A stretch of 64,000 nt of DNA from an uncultured Bacteroides sp. (GCA_900544675.1 UQVZ01000015.1:4433-68432), one strand, 5' to 3'; positions 8,770 through 18,915 are shown, numbered from the stretch's first letter. The notes: generated by a model not told the origin, from the sequence alone. Translations and numbers: made by a program.

Positions 8770-10977
8770 ATGGCAAATATAAAAATTATATATGGTTTCA
8801 TACGCTGGATGGGACTTTTATTGCTGTGTGCAACATGTCCGGTGTGGGGAGAGAATACTTATTCTGCCAAGGAATCTTTACCACCCAAAACCTTTGCTCC
8901 CGACTCCATCCTGACACATATATTCCAGGCTGCTACTCTTTATGCCACCGAAGTGGAAGAATATAAAGCCGACCTCTACCTGAAAGGCATGCTGCAGATT
9001 CATAAGCAAAACCGCATCATCAAATACATCCCGTCGATGTTCCGCTTCGAGAAAGGCGTAAACACCTATATCCACGAATCTATCAGCAAACTGCATTACA
9101 CCGCTCCCAATATCTACGACCGGAAAGTGCAAGCCATGTCAACAACCTTCCCGGGAAGCGAAAGCCGCTTTTTTGACATCCTGGATTTCCTGAAATTCAA
9201 CCTCTATGCCCCTTCCATCATGGAAGACAAGGTACTTTCTCCGCTCAACGAAGAGTCGAGCATACACTATCATTACCTGCTCGACTCGATTGCTTACCGG
9301 CGTAACGGGAAAATCTATAAACTGCGCATCATCCCACGCTATCCCAGTACCCAACTGCTGGAAGGCTCGTGCTGGGTATCTTCCGACGACTGGACCATCC
9401 GTTACCTGGACTTCCGGGGGAAATATGACCTGATAACTTTTCATGTCACCATGCACATGGGCGATACGCCCGAGACCAAATACCTTCCCCGCACAATGAA
9501 TCTGGATGTCATATTCAAGTTCCTGCGGAATAACCTGGAAATGAATTATACAGGCTGGCTCGATTATGAAGAAATCAAGTTCAAGGACAAACAAACGAAT
9601 CCCCAAAAATGGCTGTCGAAAGACCAAAAGTATTATAACCTTACCGACTCGTACACACTGACCTGCGACACAACCCGCCTGATGCATAACCGCGATTCGT
9701 TTGCCCGCATACGTCCCTTGCCGCTTAGCGACCAGGAAGACAGCCTTTACCGGGCATACGACGCACGTCACCGGATAAGCCCGGAAGATACCCTAAAGGC
9801 TCCCCCGACCAAATTCAAGAAGAACCTGGTATTGCTCGGACAAATGGGAGACGCCTTGATAAGCAGCTACAACATCGATTTTAATAAGGTAGGAAACATA
9901 TCCTGCTCACCGCTTATCAATCCGCTATTGATAAGCTACAGCCACCGAAACGGCATTTCATACCGACAAGAATTCAAGTACAACAAACTTTTCCACAACG
10001 GCAAACTGCTTCACTTGGTGCCGCAAATCGGTTATAACTTTACCAAAAAAGAATTTTATGCCAAAATCGACGGCGAATATGTCTACAATCCCCGCAAACA
10101 CGGTTCCATCTATTTAAGTGCAGGAAACGGTAACCGCATTTACAGTAGTGTCGTGCTCGACCAGCTACAGGCACAACCCGACAGCACCTTCAGTTTCGAC
10201 GGACTGAACCTGGACTATTTTAAGGATGTGTATCTCAATATCTCGCACAACATTGAAATCATCAACGGACTGACGCTTTGGACCGGTATTTCGATGCACT
10301 GGCGTCATGCCGTCAACGGAACCCCTGAAGTGGCAGAACGGGTACGCCTGCACTACAACAGCTTTGCGCCCCGCCTGCGCATCGAATGGACACCGGGCAT
10401 GTATTATTACTACGCCAACGGCAACCGTAAGGTAAATGTCGGTTCACGCTATCCGACTTTCCTTATCGACTACGAACGAGGCATCCGCGTACTTGATGAT
10501 TCGGGGGAATATGAACGTTTCGAAATCTCCGCCGAACAGGAAATCCGCATACGCGGCTTGCATACCATCGCTTACCACATAGGGGGAGGATTCTTCAGCA
10601 ATCAAGAAAATATGTACTTCGTAGATTATGTTAATTTTGCCAACCGCAACCTACCGCAAGGATGGAACGACGATATCGGAGGCACTTTCCAGATGCTCGA
10701 CTCGCGCTGGTACAATGCTTCACGTCATTATATCCGTGGCAACATGACCTACGAAACGCCTTTCCTACTGCTTTATCCCGTAGGTCGCCTGCTTTCTTTC
10801 ATCCAAAAAGAACGTATCTACGCAGGCATCCTCTTCATGCCTCACCTTAATCCGTACATCGAATTAGGCTATGGAATAGGCACACATCTTTTCGATTTCG
10901 GTGTATTTATCGGCAACGAACAAGGCAAGTTCACTTCCGTGGGCTGCAAATTCACCTTCGAGCTCTTCAACCGGTAA
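8770..10977 (+). CDS. Large hypothetical secreted / outer-membrane protein (Tyr/aromatic-rich, beta-rich)
   Basis: 735-aa ORF with an N-terminal hydrophobic segment (WMGLLLLCATCPVWG) and C-terminal ...FTFELFNR. No catalytic motif recognised. Confidence 0.5.
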   Translation: MANIKIIYGFIRWMGLLLLCATCPVWGENTYSAKESLPPKTFAPDSILTHIFQAATLYATEVEEYKADLYLKGMLQIHKQNRIIKYIPSMFRFEKGVNTYIHESISKLHYTAPNIYDRKVQAMSTTFPGSESRFFDILDFLKFNLYAPSIMEDKVLSPLNEESSIHYHYLLDSIAYRRNGKIYKLRIIPRYPSTQLLEGSCWVSSDDWTIRYLDFRGKYDLITFHVTMHMGDTPETKYLPRTMNLDVIFKFLRNNLEMNYTGWLDYEEIKFKDKQTNPQKWLSKDQKYYNLTDSYTLTCDTTRLMHNRDSFARIRPLPLSDQEDSLYRAYDARHRISPEDTLKAPPTKFKKNLVLLGQMGDALISSYNIDFNKVGNISCSPLINPLLISYSHRNGISYRQEFKYNKLFHNGKLLHLVPQIGYNFTKKEFYAKIDGEYVYNPRKHGSIYLSAGNGNRIYSSVVLDQLQAQPDSTFSFDGLNLDYFKDVYLNISHNIEIINGLTLWTGISMHWRHAVNGTPEVAERVRLHYNSFAPRLRIEWTPGMYYYYANGNRKVNVGSRYPTFLIDYERGIRVLDDSGEYERFEISAEQEIRIRGLHTIAYHIGGGFFSNQENMYFVDYVNFANRNLPQGWNDDIGGTFQMLDSRWYNASRHYIRGNMTYETPFLLLYPVGRLLSFIQKERIYAGILFMPHLNPYIELGYGIGTHLFDFGVFIGNEQGKFTSVGCKFTFELFNR

Positions 10978-12135
10978 TCATTTCCGCAAGAAGACTTCTT
11001 TCCGGCAAAAGGCGAAACGAATATGACGGATAAAGCTCCAGTACGGACGCAATACATCGAATACAGGCAAGAACAACCCGAACTTTTCTCCCAAATCCCA
11101 TGCCGTATGATACCACACGTGCATCACCGTAAGGAAACGGACCAGCCATAAAGCGACCGCCATGCCTGCAACAATCCATTCTTCATGCATCACGCCTATA
11201 ACCAAAGCCGCGACACAAGCCAGATGGAACAAGGCGCACGTTCCTGTCTCCAAGGCATTGAACAAAGGCATCATGCCCCGATAGAAATGTGCCGTAGCCA
11301 AAGCGCCCATCTTCTCTTCCCGCCAAGTCTGCTTGAAAGCCGGCACCGGCAAACGCACAATGCTCTCCTTGTCTCGTGCCACACGGGTATTCCTTCCGTT
11401 GGCAATGGCATTCACCAGCAAATCGTCGTCCCCCCGCTGTAATTTCAAGTGGTCGCTGAAACCCTTGTGCAACTGATAGGCTTGCTTACGGTAAGCCAGA
11501 TTATCGCCAACACCCATGTAGGGATGTCCGGCAAGTGCCATACTAAGGTAACGCAAGGAATGAAAAAACGAATCGGCAATGACGCGACGGGCAAAACATC
11601 CTTTTTTATACCGATAATTACTATACCCCAATACAACATCGGTTTCGGGTGTCATCTCCCGGGCAAGGCTTTTCAACCACTCTTTACTTTCGGGACGGGC
11701 ATACGGACTGGTGACTACTATCCATTCATAACGGCTGGCACGGATGCCCATTGCCACTCCCAATTTCTTCCGGCTCACATAACGGGCTGTTTCGGGAATA
11801 AAGGTTATATACAGATTGGCATACGCGGCAGACAGACGCTTCAGTATCAAATCGTCTTCACCAGCCGACTGGTCGTTGACGACGATAACTTCAAACACCG
11901 GATAATCCTGCTCCAACAGAGCTATCAGATTCTCTTCCAATGCCTCACCGGTATCTTTGGTCACGACTATCACCGAAAGCGGAGGCCATTCAGTAGGTTC
12001 CGGATTTTCCTTTCGACGGAAATGCCGATGCAGACGACTGTACAAACCTAACACATACAACATCTGAATCACCCAAAAGATACCACTTATCCCAACCAGC
12101 ACAGCGGCAGTAGAAGTAAAGTCTATCGCAATCAT
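10978..12135 (-). CDS. Membrane-anchored family-2 glycosyltransferase
   Basis: GT2 core (LSVIVVTKDTGEALEENL...VIVVNDQSAGEDD) and C-terminal TM helices. I chose the internal ATG (MIAIDFTS...) as the start. Confidence 0.7.
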   Translation of the reverse strand: MIAIDFTSTAAVLVGISGIFWVIQMLYVLGLYSRLHRHFRRKENPEPTEWPPLSVIVVTKDTGEALEENLIALLEQDYPVFEVIVVNDQSAGEDDLILKRLSAAYANLYITFIPETARYVSRKKLGVAMGIRASRYEWIVVTSPYARPESKEWLKSLAREMTPETDVVLGYSNYRYKKGCFARRVIADSFFHSLRYLSMALAGHPYMGVGDNLAYRKQAYQLHKGFSDHLKLQRGDDDLLVNAIANGRNTRVARDKESIVRLPVPAFKQTWREEKMGALATAHFYRGMMPLFNALETGTCALFHLACVAALVIGVMHEEWIVAGMAVALWLVRFLTVMHVWYHTAWDLGEKFGLFLPVFDVLRPYWSFIRHIRFAFCRKEVFLRK

Positions 12136-12358
12136 ATCGTCTCTTCTTTGAATAACGCTGCAAAAATAGGGTAAAATCCGTTTCGATATAAACATCGGGA
12201 ATGGAAAATTAAAAATTACTTGCCGCCCTATGTAAGGGAACCAGTCGGGCAAATCCCTATCAGCTATAGGAAATTTCCTATCCCGAAATAGCGGTTATCC
12301 TTGGGACAATAGCCTCGTTTTGATTAGCTTTGCACTCATAAAAATAAAAACCGAAGAT

Positions 12359-13018
12359 ATGAGACAAACATTAAGCAAAGGATTATTGATAGGAGCACTG
12401 TGCATACTGACCTGCGGATGTGGTTCCTTGTTTACAGCATCAAACAAAGAAAAAGTGAGCAACATACGCCCGGGCATGTCGCAAAACGAAGTACAAGCCA
12501 TGCTGGGAAAACCTGACTATACCCGTTTCAACGGAGGCATAGAGCAATGGGAATACCGGAACTGCTATTATGCATACGGCAATCAGCCGGTCAATGTAAC
12601 CGTCGACTTCAGCAACGGGAAAGTCATTGCTATGGATTCGTTCGATACACCCGTATATCCGACACATCCTACCCCTCCCAGAGTAGTGTGCCCTCCTTCT
12701 TATCCCAATATACCGACGCCGGAACGTCATACCATGACTCTGAACGAGAAACAATTCAATACGTTCTATAAAAGGATGAAAGAAGAACCCTTCGAAGACG
12801 ACCGGCTCAAGCTATTGAAAGAAGAAACGGAACGTACGGACTTTACATGCGGGCAATGCGCACGCTTGCTCCAACTGAACAGTTTCGATGATGACAAGCT
12901 GACTATGCTGCGTGTACTGGCTCCAGCAATAACCGACAAGGAAAACCTTCGGGAAATTCTGGACACACTGACATTCGATTCATCCAAACAAAAGGCAATG
13001 CAACTCTTGCGGAACTAA
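12359..13018 (+). CDS. Lipoprotein with BamE/SmpA-OmlA-like N-domain and DUF4476-like C-domain
   Basis: Lipobox ILTCGC. RPGMSQNEVQAMLGKPDY resembles BamE. The C-terminal pattern FEDDRLKLL...FTCGQCARLLQLNSFDDDKLTMLRVL resembles DUF4476. Confidence 0.55.
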   Translation: MRQTLSKGLLIGALCILTCGCGSLFTASNKEKVSNIRPGMSQNEVQAMLGKPDYTRFNGGIEQWEYRNCYYAYGNQPVNVTVDFSNGKVIAMDSFDTPVYPTHPTPPRVVCPPSYPNIPTPERHTMTLNEKQFNTFYKRMKEEPFEDDRLKLLKEETERTDFTCGQCARLLQLNSFDDDKLTMLRVLAPAITDKENLREILDTLTFDSSKQKAMQLLRN

Positions 13019-13051
13019 CAGGAGCAACGGTCTTTCTATCCGGCTCTGCTC

Positions 13052-13798
13052 TTAATTCTTAATCGGCAAACGTTTCCATAACCAGCGTGGAATCATTCGC
13101 CAAAACAATACAAGCAAACGGTATCGCCAATCGATAACCACTACACGTTGCTTGCGATGGATGGCGCGGACTATATGCCGTGCCACCTTTTCGGGATGCA
13201 TCAGCAAAGGATAATGTTTCCCATCGTTCAGCAAGTCGGTCTTGACAAAACCGGGACGAATATCCGTAAAGCAGACATGCGTTTTTCCATGCATCCGGGC
13301 AAGCTGTTCAAGCGCATCCAGATAGGTATTCTGAAAACGTTTAGTCGCCGAATAGGCAGGAGCAATCCCCAATCCCTTTGTTCCGGCAATGGAACTGATA
13401 ACGGCAATGTGCCCTTTCCCTTGCCGGATAAAATAACGGAACGCCACTCCTACGGCACGGATAAACCCGGTCACATTGGTTTCGGCAGTATCAACCTCAA
13501 CATCTGACGACAAATCAAAATTCTGATGTCCGATACCCGAACAATGCACATACAAGTCCATCCCTCCTGTTTCTGCCATCAAAGCTTCCAGCTCGGACTC
13601 GGCATTCTCTTTCCGGATATCAAGCACCCGATAGCAGATGCGGGAAGGAGACTGACGCTGGAAAGCTTTCAACAAGCCTTCCCTGCGTCCAGCTATCCCC
13701 AGCATCCAGCCTTCTTTCAACAATAAGCGGGCGATTTCATACCCGATACCGGAAGTTGCTCCGACAATAATGGCACGTTTCTGCATGGTTACATTCAT
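13052..13798 (-). CDS. Short-chain dehydrogenase/reductase (SDR) family oxidoreductase
   Basis: Rossmann TGxxxGIG motif (KRAIIVGATSGIGYEIA) and the SDR catalytic S...YxxxK region (YSATK). Start set at the internal ATG MNVTMQK. Confidence 0.8.
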   Translation of the reverse strand: MNVTMQKRAIIVGATSGIGYEIARLLLKEGWMLGIAGRREGLLKAFQRQSPSRICYRVLDIRKENAESELEALMAETGGMDLYVHCSGIGHQNFDLSSDVEVDTAETNVTGFIRAVGVAFRYFIRQGKGHIAVISSIAGTKGLGIAPAYSATKRFQNTYLDALEQLARMHGKTHVCFTDIRPGFVKTDLLNDGKHYPLLMHPEKVARHIVRAIHRKQRVVVIDWRYRLLVLFWRMIPRWLWKRLPIKN

Positions 13799-13811
13799 AG
13801 TTCGTTTTTTT

Positions 13812-16800
13812 TCAATGATTGGTCCGTACTTCATATACAAAGGTTTCAGCAAGCGGGACATGGGCTGTCCTTCGGTTATAATAAAACAATCCATCCAATG
13901 GCATACACTCGTTGAGCGGAACAAGTGCCGGAGTCAAGCGGGTGCAAAAAGCCTGATACGAATGATTATTGGCACACTCTCCGGTATCATCCCGGTAAAA
14001 CACAGCATATTGATTGAGCGGGTAAGCGGCTATCAAGCGATTCAATTGCATAGCCAACTGATGTGCTTCACGGGGAGAAATGCGGTCGAACAGACTGGAT
14101 ACATTAAAGATTACCAGTTCCGACACGACTGCATGTGTTTTCCAAAACGTATGGGGAATATCTTCTACTTGTGGATAGAAATTAGCCTGAACATGCCGGT
14201 ATGCCTCCGACCGGAACAGACTACGGGCTACCTGCCTCATTTCTTCTACCGGATTGACGCACACATACGTGCAATCGAGATGTGGTAAACGCCGGCATGC
14301 ATCTGCAAAAGCGATGCCTGAAGCTCCGCTCTCGTATGCCCAATCGCAAAAGACAACCCGTCCCGACGCATTGCGTATGGATGAAAACAGCCAGCTTCCT
14401 ATCACTTCGTAGAAAGCACGGGCAGCACTATAACTACGGCGCATATAATAAAAGGTGTGGAACTGCACCCGGTGTGCCAACTCATCGGTCTGCCTGAAAT
14501 CGTATCGTCCATAAGCTATCTGCTCACGGATACGGGCATCATCGGTGACTGTATTGGTTCCGGCAGGAAGCAGGTCTGCCACCAAAGCATCGAACGCCTG
14601 GGCAAACGTAGGGGCAAGCGGATAATTATCCGAACACAACTCCCATCCCGGCTCCGCATCGGGCAAGTCAAAGTCGCCCCGGCAAAAGCGGTCAAACGGG
14701 ACATGGATATAACCGTTATGGATACGGATGTATTCCATCAGCTTATAAAATGTAAGATTGGCTCCCAGCACGTGCGGATTGCCTACCAGGAAAAGCTGCT
14801 TGCGGGCACGGGTAATGGCTACATTCAGCTTGCGGTCAATCAACGAGTCTCCTTCACGGAAGGTATTGGCGGTCAGGAAATTCAGTTGGTTAAAATCACG
14901 CACGGTAAACGAATAGATAATCACATCACGTTGGCTTCCCTGATAACGCTCGACGGTATCGATGGAAATCTCCTCAAGTGCCGGAATGCCCAAAGCAGCA
15001 ATCTCACGCCGAATCATGGCAATCTGGTTCCGATAAGGCACAATAACACCGACCGTCTTGCCGGCATCGAAATCTTTTCCGGCAAAACGATGGATACGAC
15101 GGAGCAAGGCGGCAACAATGCGTGCTTCTTCCAGATTACTTTTATCAGAATGCTGTATGTCGGAAGGCGTTTCGGAAGCAATGAATACCATCCGCCGGTG
15201 CAACATCAAGCGGTCGAGATTGTCTTCCGGCTCTACGGAAGTGTATGGCAAAGTTTCTTGCTGGTGCGGAAGCGGTACTGGTTCCAATTGCTCACGAAGG
15301 TAAAACGCATGGTCGGGAAACTCGGCAATGGCGGGATGCATGCGTCCTTGTTTCTGAAGCACGCTACGGAACTCCGGCTTGCTTTGCCTGTACAATCGTT
15401 CGAAAAGCGAATTGCGGCAATCCTCCAGTCCGATACCGAGCAATAAAGGGTCGGTCACCCGGGCTTCTTCCTCGCCCTGCAAGGCTATGGCAGGCAATTG
15501 CTTGTAATCGCCTACCAGAATGAACTTGCCGATGGCATGCTTTCCCTGATGCTGTGCCGAAAGGATACCGACCAGGTCAGGTTCCAATATTTGCGAAGCC
15601 TCATCAATGATGGCGAGGGTGAAAGATTTCAACTCAAACAGGTAAGGACGGCTGCTGATGGCGGTTGTAGTCCCGACAAAGATACGGGTACGAAGTATCT
15701 TGGCACGGATATCTGCCAGCTTGGGGCACTCTGCCAGGCTATTCTTCAACAGATAAGGCACAAAACGCTTGTCGCAAGCCAACTCGTTGCCGATACGGAT
15801 AAAGGGATGGCACTCGGCAATGCCCGAACTGACCAGCATGTTGCAGATTTCATCAACGGCACGGTTCGTGTACGACAGGAGCAACAAGGTGCTATCGGGC
15901 TCGGTCAACGCCTCTTCTACCATATAACGCAAGGCACACGAGGTCTTGCCCGTACCCGGAGGCCCGACCAGCAGAAAATAGTCATCGCATTGTTTTTCTT
16001 TCAATATCAAGTCATCAAACCTTCCGTACGAACCGTTCAGCGTGCGCGAAGTGTCACGCGTCGGGATACGCTTTCCCAACAACAAGGCTTTGCGCTCGGC
16101 AGAAGCAGAAAGAAACGTATAAAGTCCACGGAAAGCATTGGAAGCCGAAATGTCCGAATAATCGTGCTCAATGGCAAAAGTGTCTGTATCCGAACCGATA
16201 AGGTCCGGATTCTGTTGCCCGTTGCGCAATTGCACAAGTATCCGTTCGGGATGTATTTCCATCAAGCTTCCTTTCATCAGGATATGACGGCGCACATCGG
16301 GCAAATCATGATAAGCATACAGAATCACGATATCCCCGGTACGGAAATTGGGCAGGAAATCATCGCCTTGCCTCGGAACGTTCAGTTCGATGAGGTCATA
16401 TCCCTTGCCGGGTGCACTTTGGCGGCGGGAAGCAATCTGCAAGCCCAGCAAGATATTGCCTGCCTCAATCTTTTCGGCAAGCGGAGTATGCCACAATCCG
16501 GCAAAGCCGCGCGAAGAATCAGTGTTTCCTCCGGTCTTGCCCAGCAATTGCTCTTTTGCCACAAAGGTGAAGAATCGCCGGAAATAAGCTTGCTCCAGCG
16601 GGTCGCCTTCTTTGAGGGGAAGAATCAAACGGCTCAACTCGGGTTCCTGATAACGGGTCCAGAGTGTGCCGTAGTCTTTCTTTTCATTCAATGTCTCTAC
16701 ATCTAACTGGTCGATAATGGCATCTATGTGTCCGTTCGCCAATGCCACTTCACCGGTCACAATGTAATTGCGCAAACGGATGCACTCGCGGAACAAGTTC

Positions 16801-18068
16801 TCCGAGAAATGTTCCAGCATCAATCCGTCCTGATACTTCGAGTAAAGCAAGAGGGTCTGCACATCGTCGGCACCCAGCCCGAAGTTGTACATCAGCACGC
16901 CCTGATAGAGCATCATCTGCACGAAATGGTCTTCTTTATGGCGATGGTTATATTCATCCCGCTTGCCCGACTTCTGCTCGATAAGCACCTTCAAGTCTTT
17001 TTGCAACAAGTCGGCACGCCCTTGAATCCCCAGACTCTCGCAGATGAAAGAAGCCTCCAGAAGGGTATGCTTCCGGTCGAAATGTTCCAGGTTATGCGGC
17101 AGGATATCGTGTACGAACGAACGGATGTTCATCATCTGCGTCTGTGCCAGGGAATGGAAATTATCCGGAAGCTCGCACGTACAGAACTCCAATGCTGATG
17201 AAGCGAAAAATTTCTTCATCGTATGGGCATAGGTGACGGGAGCGTTTTCCTCCTCATTGATGTAATCATCCAGGAACCGCCCGGCAAGGTTTCCCAATAA
17301 GATGTGATAAGTGTTTGCCTTCGGCTTGATTTTATGAATGAAATAGTTGAGCGGATGATGGCCGTACTCGCGGAAACAGGCAGCCAGCGCACTGATGTCA
17401 ATCAGATAATCGGGATGGACCACCACCAGTTTGGGCACATACTCGTGATGTTCGTTGATGCGCACATCCAACAGGTTCAATTGCACATTCTCGGCAAGCA
17501 GGTCACGCAAGTATGTCAAGTCGCCATCATATCCCCCTTGCATATAGTCGATAACGATAAACGGGTCTTCCTCGTTATCGGTCGCGGCATAGATTTTTTC
17601 TTCGGTCCAACTGGAAACAACCGCACGCACATAGGGCACATGCTTCAATAAGGAGTCATGATAAGGGCGGTTCTGATGGGGAAGTTCTGTCAAGAGCGAC
17701 ACCGGTATGTCCTCGCCAAAAGCCAAGGATACAAACCGGCACAAGGCGCGCAAATCAGCGAGGTATGTCTCTTTATCGGCTGATTCGCCATTTCCCATAG
17801 CCTTCTTGCCATTACGACGCATGGTCTGGACGGCAAAACGGTCGGAAGGGGTCATGCCTTTCTCCTTGCATACATAGTCCAACCGCGAGAACAAGTTGGA
17901 GAACGAAAGAGTGACCTCACGCGTCAGCTCATAACACGCTTCTTCCAGTACCTTATATAAAGCCGCATATTTAGCCGGTATATTTTCGGGAGCCAACGGC
18001 GGCTTGCGGTGTATCTCTTCGATTCGCCGGAACAAATCGAATGCCTGAAGTTCGATGCGTTCCGTCAT
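13812..18068 (-). CDS. RecB/Cas4-like PD-(D/E)XK nuclease fused to Upf1-like SF1 helicase (Dna2/Nhi-like), plus unknown C-terminal domain
   Basis: 1418 aa. Nuclease motifs are GRADLL (II), LIEQKSGK (ExK, III) and QMMLYQ (QxxxY) at about aa 340-400. Helicase motifs are VGPPGTGKTS (Walker A), ILVGDYKQLP and LNVAITRARKQLFLVGN (AAA_11/AAA_12). A 380-aa C-terminal region has no recognisable motifs. Confidence 0.85.
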   Translation of the reverse strand: MTERIELQAFDLFRRIEEIHRKPPLAPENIPAKYAALYKVLEEACYELTREVTLSFSNLFSRLDYVCKEKGMTPSDRFAVQTMRRNGKKAMGNGESADKETYLADLRALCRFVSLAFGEDIPVSLLTELPHQNRPYHDSLLKHVPYVRAVVSSWTEEKIYAATDNEEDPFIVIDYMQGGYDGDLTYLRDLLAENVQLNLLDVRINEHHEYVPKLVVVHPDYLIDISALAACFREYGHHPLNYFIHKIKPKANTYHILLGNLAGRFLDDYINEEENAPVTYAHTMKKFFASSALEFCTCELPDNFHSLAQTQMMNIRSFVHDILPHNLEHFDRKHTLLEASFICESLGIQGRADLLQKDLKVLIEQKSGKRDEYNHRHKEDHFVQMMLYQGVLMYNFGLGADDVQTLLLYSKYQDGLMLEHFSENLFRECIRLRNYIVTGEVALANGHIDAIIDQLDVETLNEKKDYGTLWTRYQEPELSRLILPLKEGDPLEQAYFRRFFTFVAKEQLLGKTGGNTDSSRGFAGLWHTPLAEKIEAGNILLGLQIASRRQSAPGKGYDLIELNVPRQGDDFLPNFRTGDIVILYAYHDLPDVRRHILMKGSLMEIHPERILVQLRNGQQNPDLIGSDTDTFAIEHDYSDISASNAFRGLYTFLSASAERKALLLGKRIPTRDTSRTLNGSYGRFDDLILKEKQCDDYFLLVGPPGTGKTSCALRYMVEEALTEPDSTLLLLSYTNRAVDEICNMLVSSGIAECHPFIRIGNELACDKRFVPYLLKNSLAECPKLADIRAKILRTRIFVGTTTAISSRPYLFELKSFTLAIIDEASQILEPDLVGILSAQHQGKHAIGKFILVGDYKQLPAIALQGEEEARVTDPLLLGIGLEDCRNSLFERLYRQSKPEFRSVLQKQGRMHPAIAEFPDHAFYLREQLEPVPLPHQQETLPYTSVEPEDNLDRLMLHRRMVFIASETPSDIQHSDKSNLEEARIVAALLRRIHRFAGKDFDAGKTVGVIVPYRNQIAMIRREIAALGIPALEEISIDTVERYQGSQRDVIIYSFTVRDFNQLNFLTANTFREGDSLIDRKLNVAITRARKQLFLVGNPHVLGANLTFYKLMEYIRIHNGYIHVPFDRFCRGDFDLPDAEPGWELCSDNYPLAPTFAQAFDALVADLLPAGTNTVTDDARIREQIAYGRYDFRQTDELAHRVQFHTFYYMRRSYSAARAFYEVIGSWLFSSIRNASGRVVFCDWAYESGASGIAFADACRRLPHLDCTYVCVNPVEEMRQVARSLFRSEAYRHVQANFYPQVEDIPHTFWKTHAVVSELVIFNVSSLFDRISPREAHQLAMQLNRLIAAYPLNQYAVFYRDDTGECANNHSYQAFCTRLTPALVPLNECMPLDGLFYYNRRTAHVPLAETFVYEVRTNH

Positions 18069-18070
18069 GC

Positions 18071-18874
18071 TCAGATGCCTTCACTCGGAATGTGTTGCAC
18101 GCAATAAGCCTTCTCCAATGCCGGATAAAGCGAACGGTACGTCTCGGTCACGTCTTGCCACAACACACGTGCCGGTATGATATCCGTACGGCTTCCGATA
18201 GGAACGGACGCTGCAGAAGCCACCTCTAGGATGTAATTGTACGTACTTCCGTCGGTTAGTTCGATATGTATCTCGCTCTGTTGAAGCGCTATCTTCTCCG
18301 TAAAGATGCCATGCAACGTATTGCCCGATGAAGCTGAAGGGTAAATCGTCACAATACCCGACGTGCCTCCTTTATCGGTATAAGTAAATACATACTTGCC
18401 TCCAGCCTGTACCGGTGCATTGGCTTCAATATCCGTACGGATGGCGAGGGTTTGGCTTTGTGTCAGGTCTGCCCCATATACCACTCCCTCAACATCTCCT
18501 ATCTCGTAGATTGTTTCGGGATAAGCTACGGAAACTTGCAACGTGTATTTATTCCATTCATGGTCAGTAATAAGCAGTTCCGCATCGCCCAGCCCTACCG
18601 GAATCACGGTCAGTTCATCTCCGTTATAACGGTAATCAATCACCGCCGTATCCGGATTGTTGATGAGATACATACCGTCACCTCCCGAAATGTGAAAGGT
18701 AACTCCGGCACTGTAAGGGCTCATCACCAAAACCTCATCCGTAAAACTTATGCTATTACCATCCAAAGATACTGCCAGCGAAATGGGAGGATAATCATCC
18801 TTGCACGAAGCAAGCGAAACGATGCCTGCCAGCAGAACTGTATATAATAAACTTTTCAATAGGGTCTTTTTCAT
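18071..18874 (-). CDS. Hypothetical beta-rich surface lipoprotein
   Basis: MKKTLLKSLLYTVLLAGIVSLASC lipobox. The ORF-track start at 18892 is a TTG, so I used the in-frame ATG at 18874. Its stop lies 2 nt from the helicase ATG. Confidence 0.6.
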   Translation of the reverse strand: MKKTLLKSLLYTVLLAGIVSLASCKDDYPPISLAVSLDGNSISFTDEVLVMSPYSAGVTFHISGGDGMYLINNPDTAVIDYRYNGDELTVIPVGLGDAELLITDHEWNKYTLQVSVAYPETIYEIGDVEGVVYGADLTQSQTLAIRTDIEANAPVQAGGKYVFTYTDKGGTSGIVTIYPSASSGNTLHGIFTEKIALQQSEIHIELTDGSTYNYILEVASAASVPIGSRTDIIPARVLWQDVTETYRSLYPALEKAYCVQHIPSEGI

Positions 18875-18907
18875 ATTTTCTCCTTGTTTCAAACATAATC
18901 AATGAGA

Positions 18908-18915
18908 CAAAGATA
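18908..18915 (-). promoter_or_regulatory. -7 box TAtcTTTG upstream of the lipoprotein / nuclease-helicase operon
   Basis: The reverse complement of caaagata is in the 72-bp gap between the copA stop and the lipoprotein start. Confidence 0.4.

Noticed and set aside
18875-18892. ORF-track start MKQGEN... for the lipoprotein
   Set aside because: The codon at 18890-18892 is TTG, whereas the in-frame ATG at 18874 gives a canonical lipoprotein signal (MKKTLLK...LASC). Similar TTG or GTG starts reported as M occur at 40962 (rnfD) and 39588 (rnfC). For rnfC no ATG alternative exists, so the GTG was kept.
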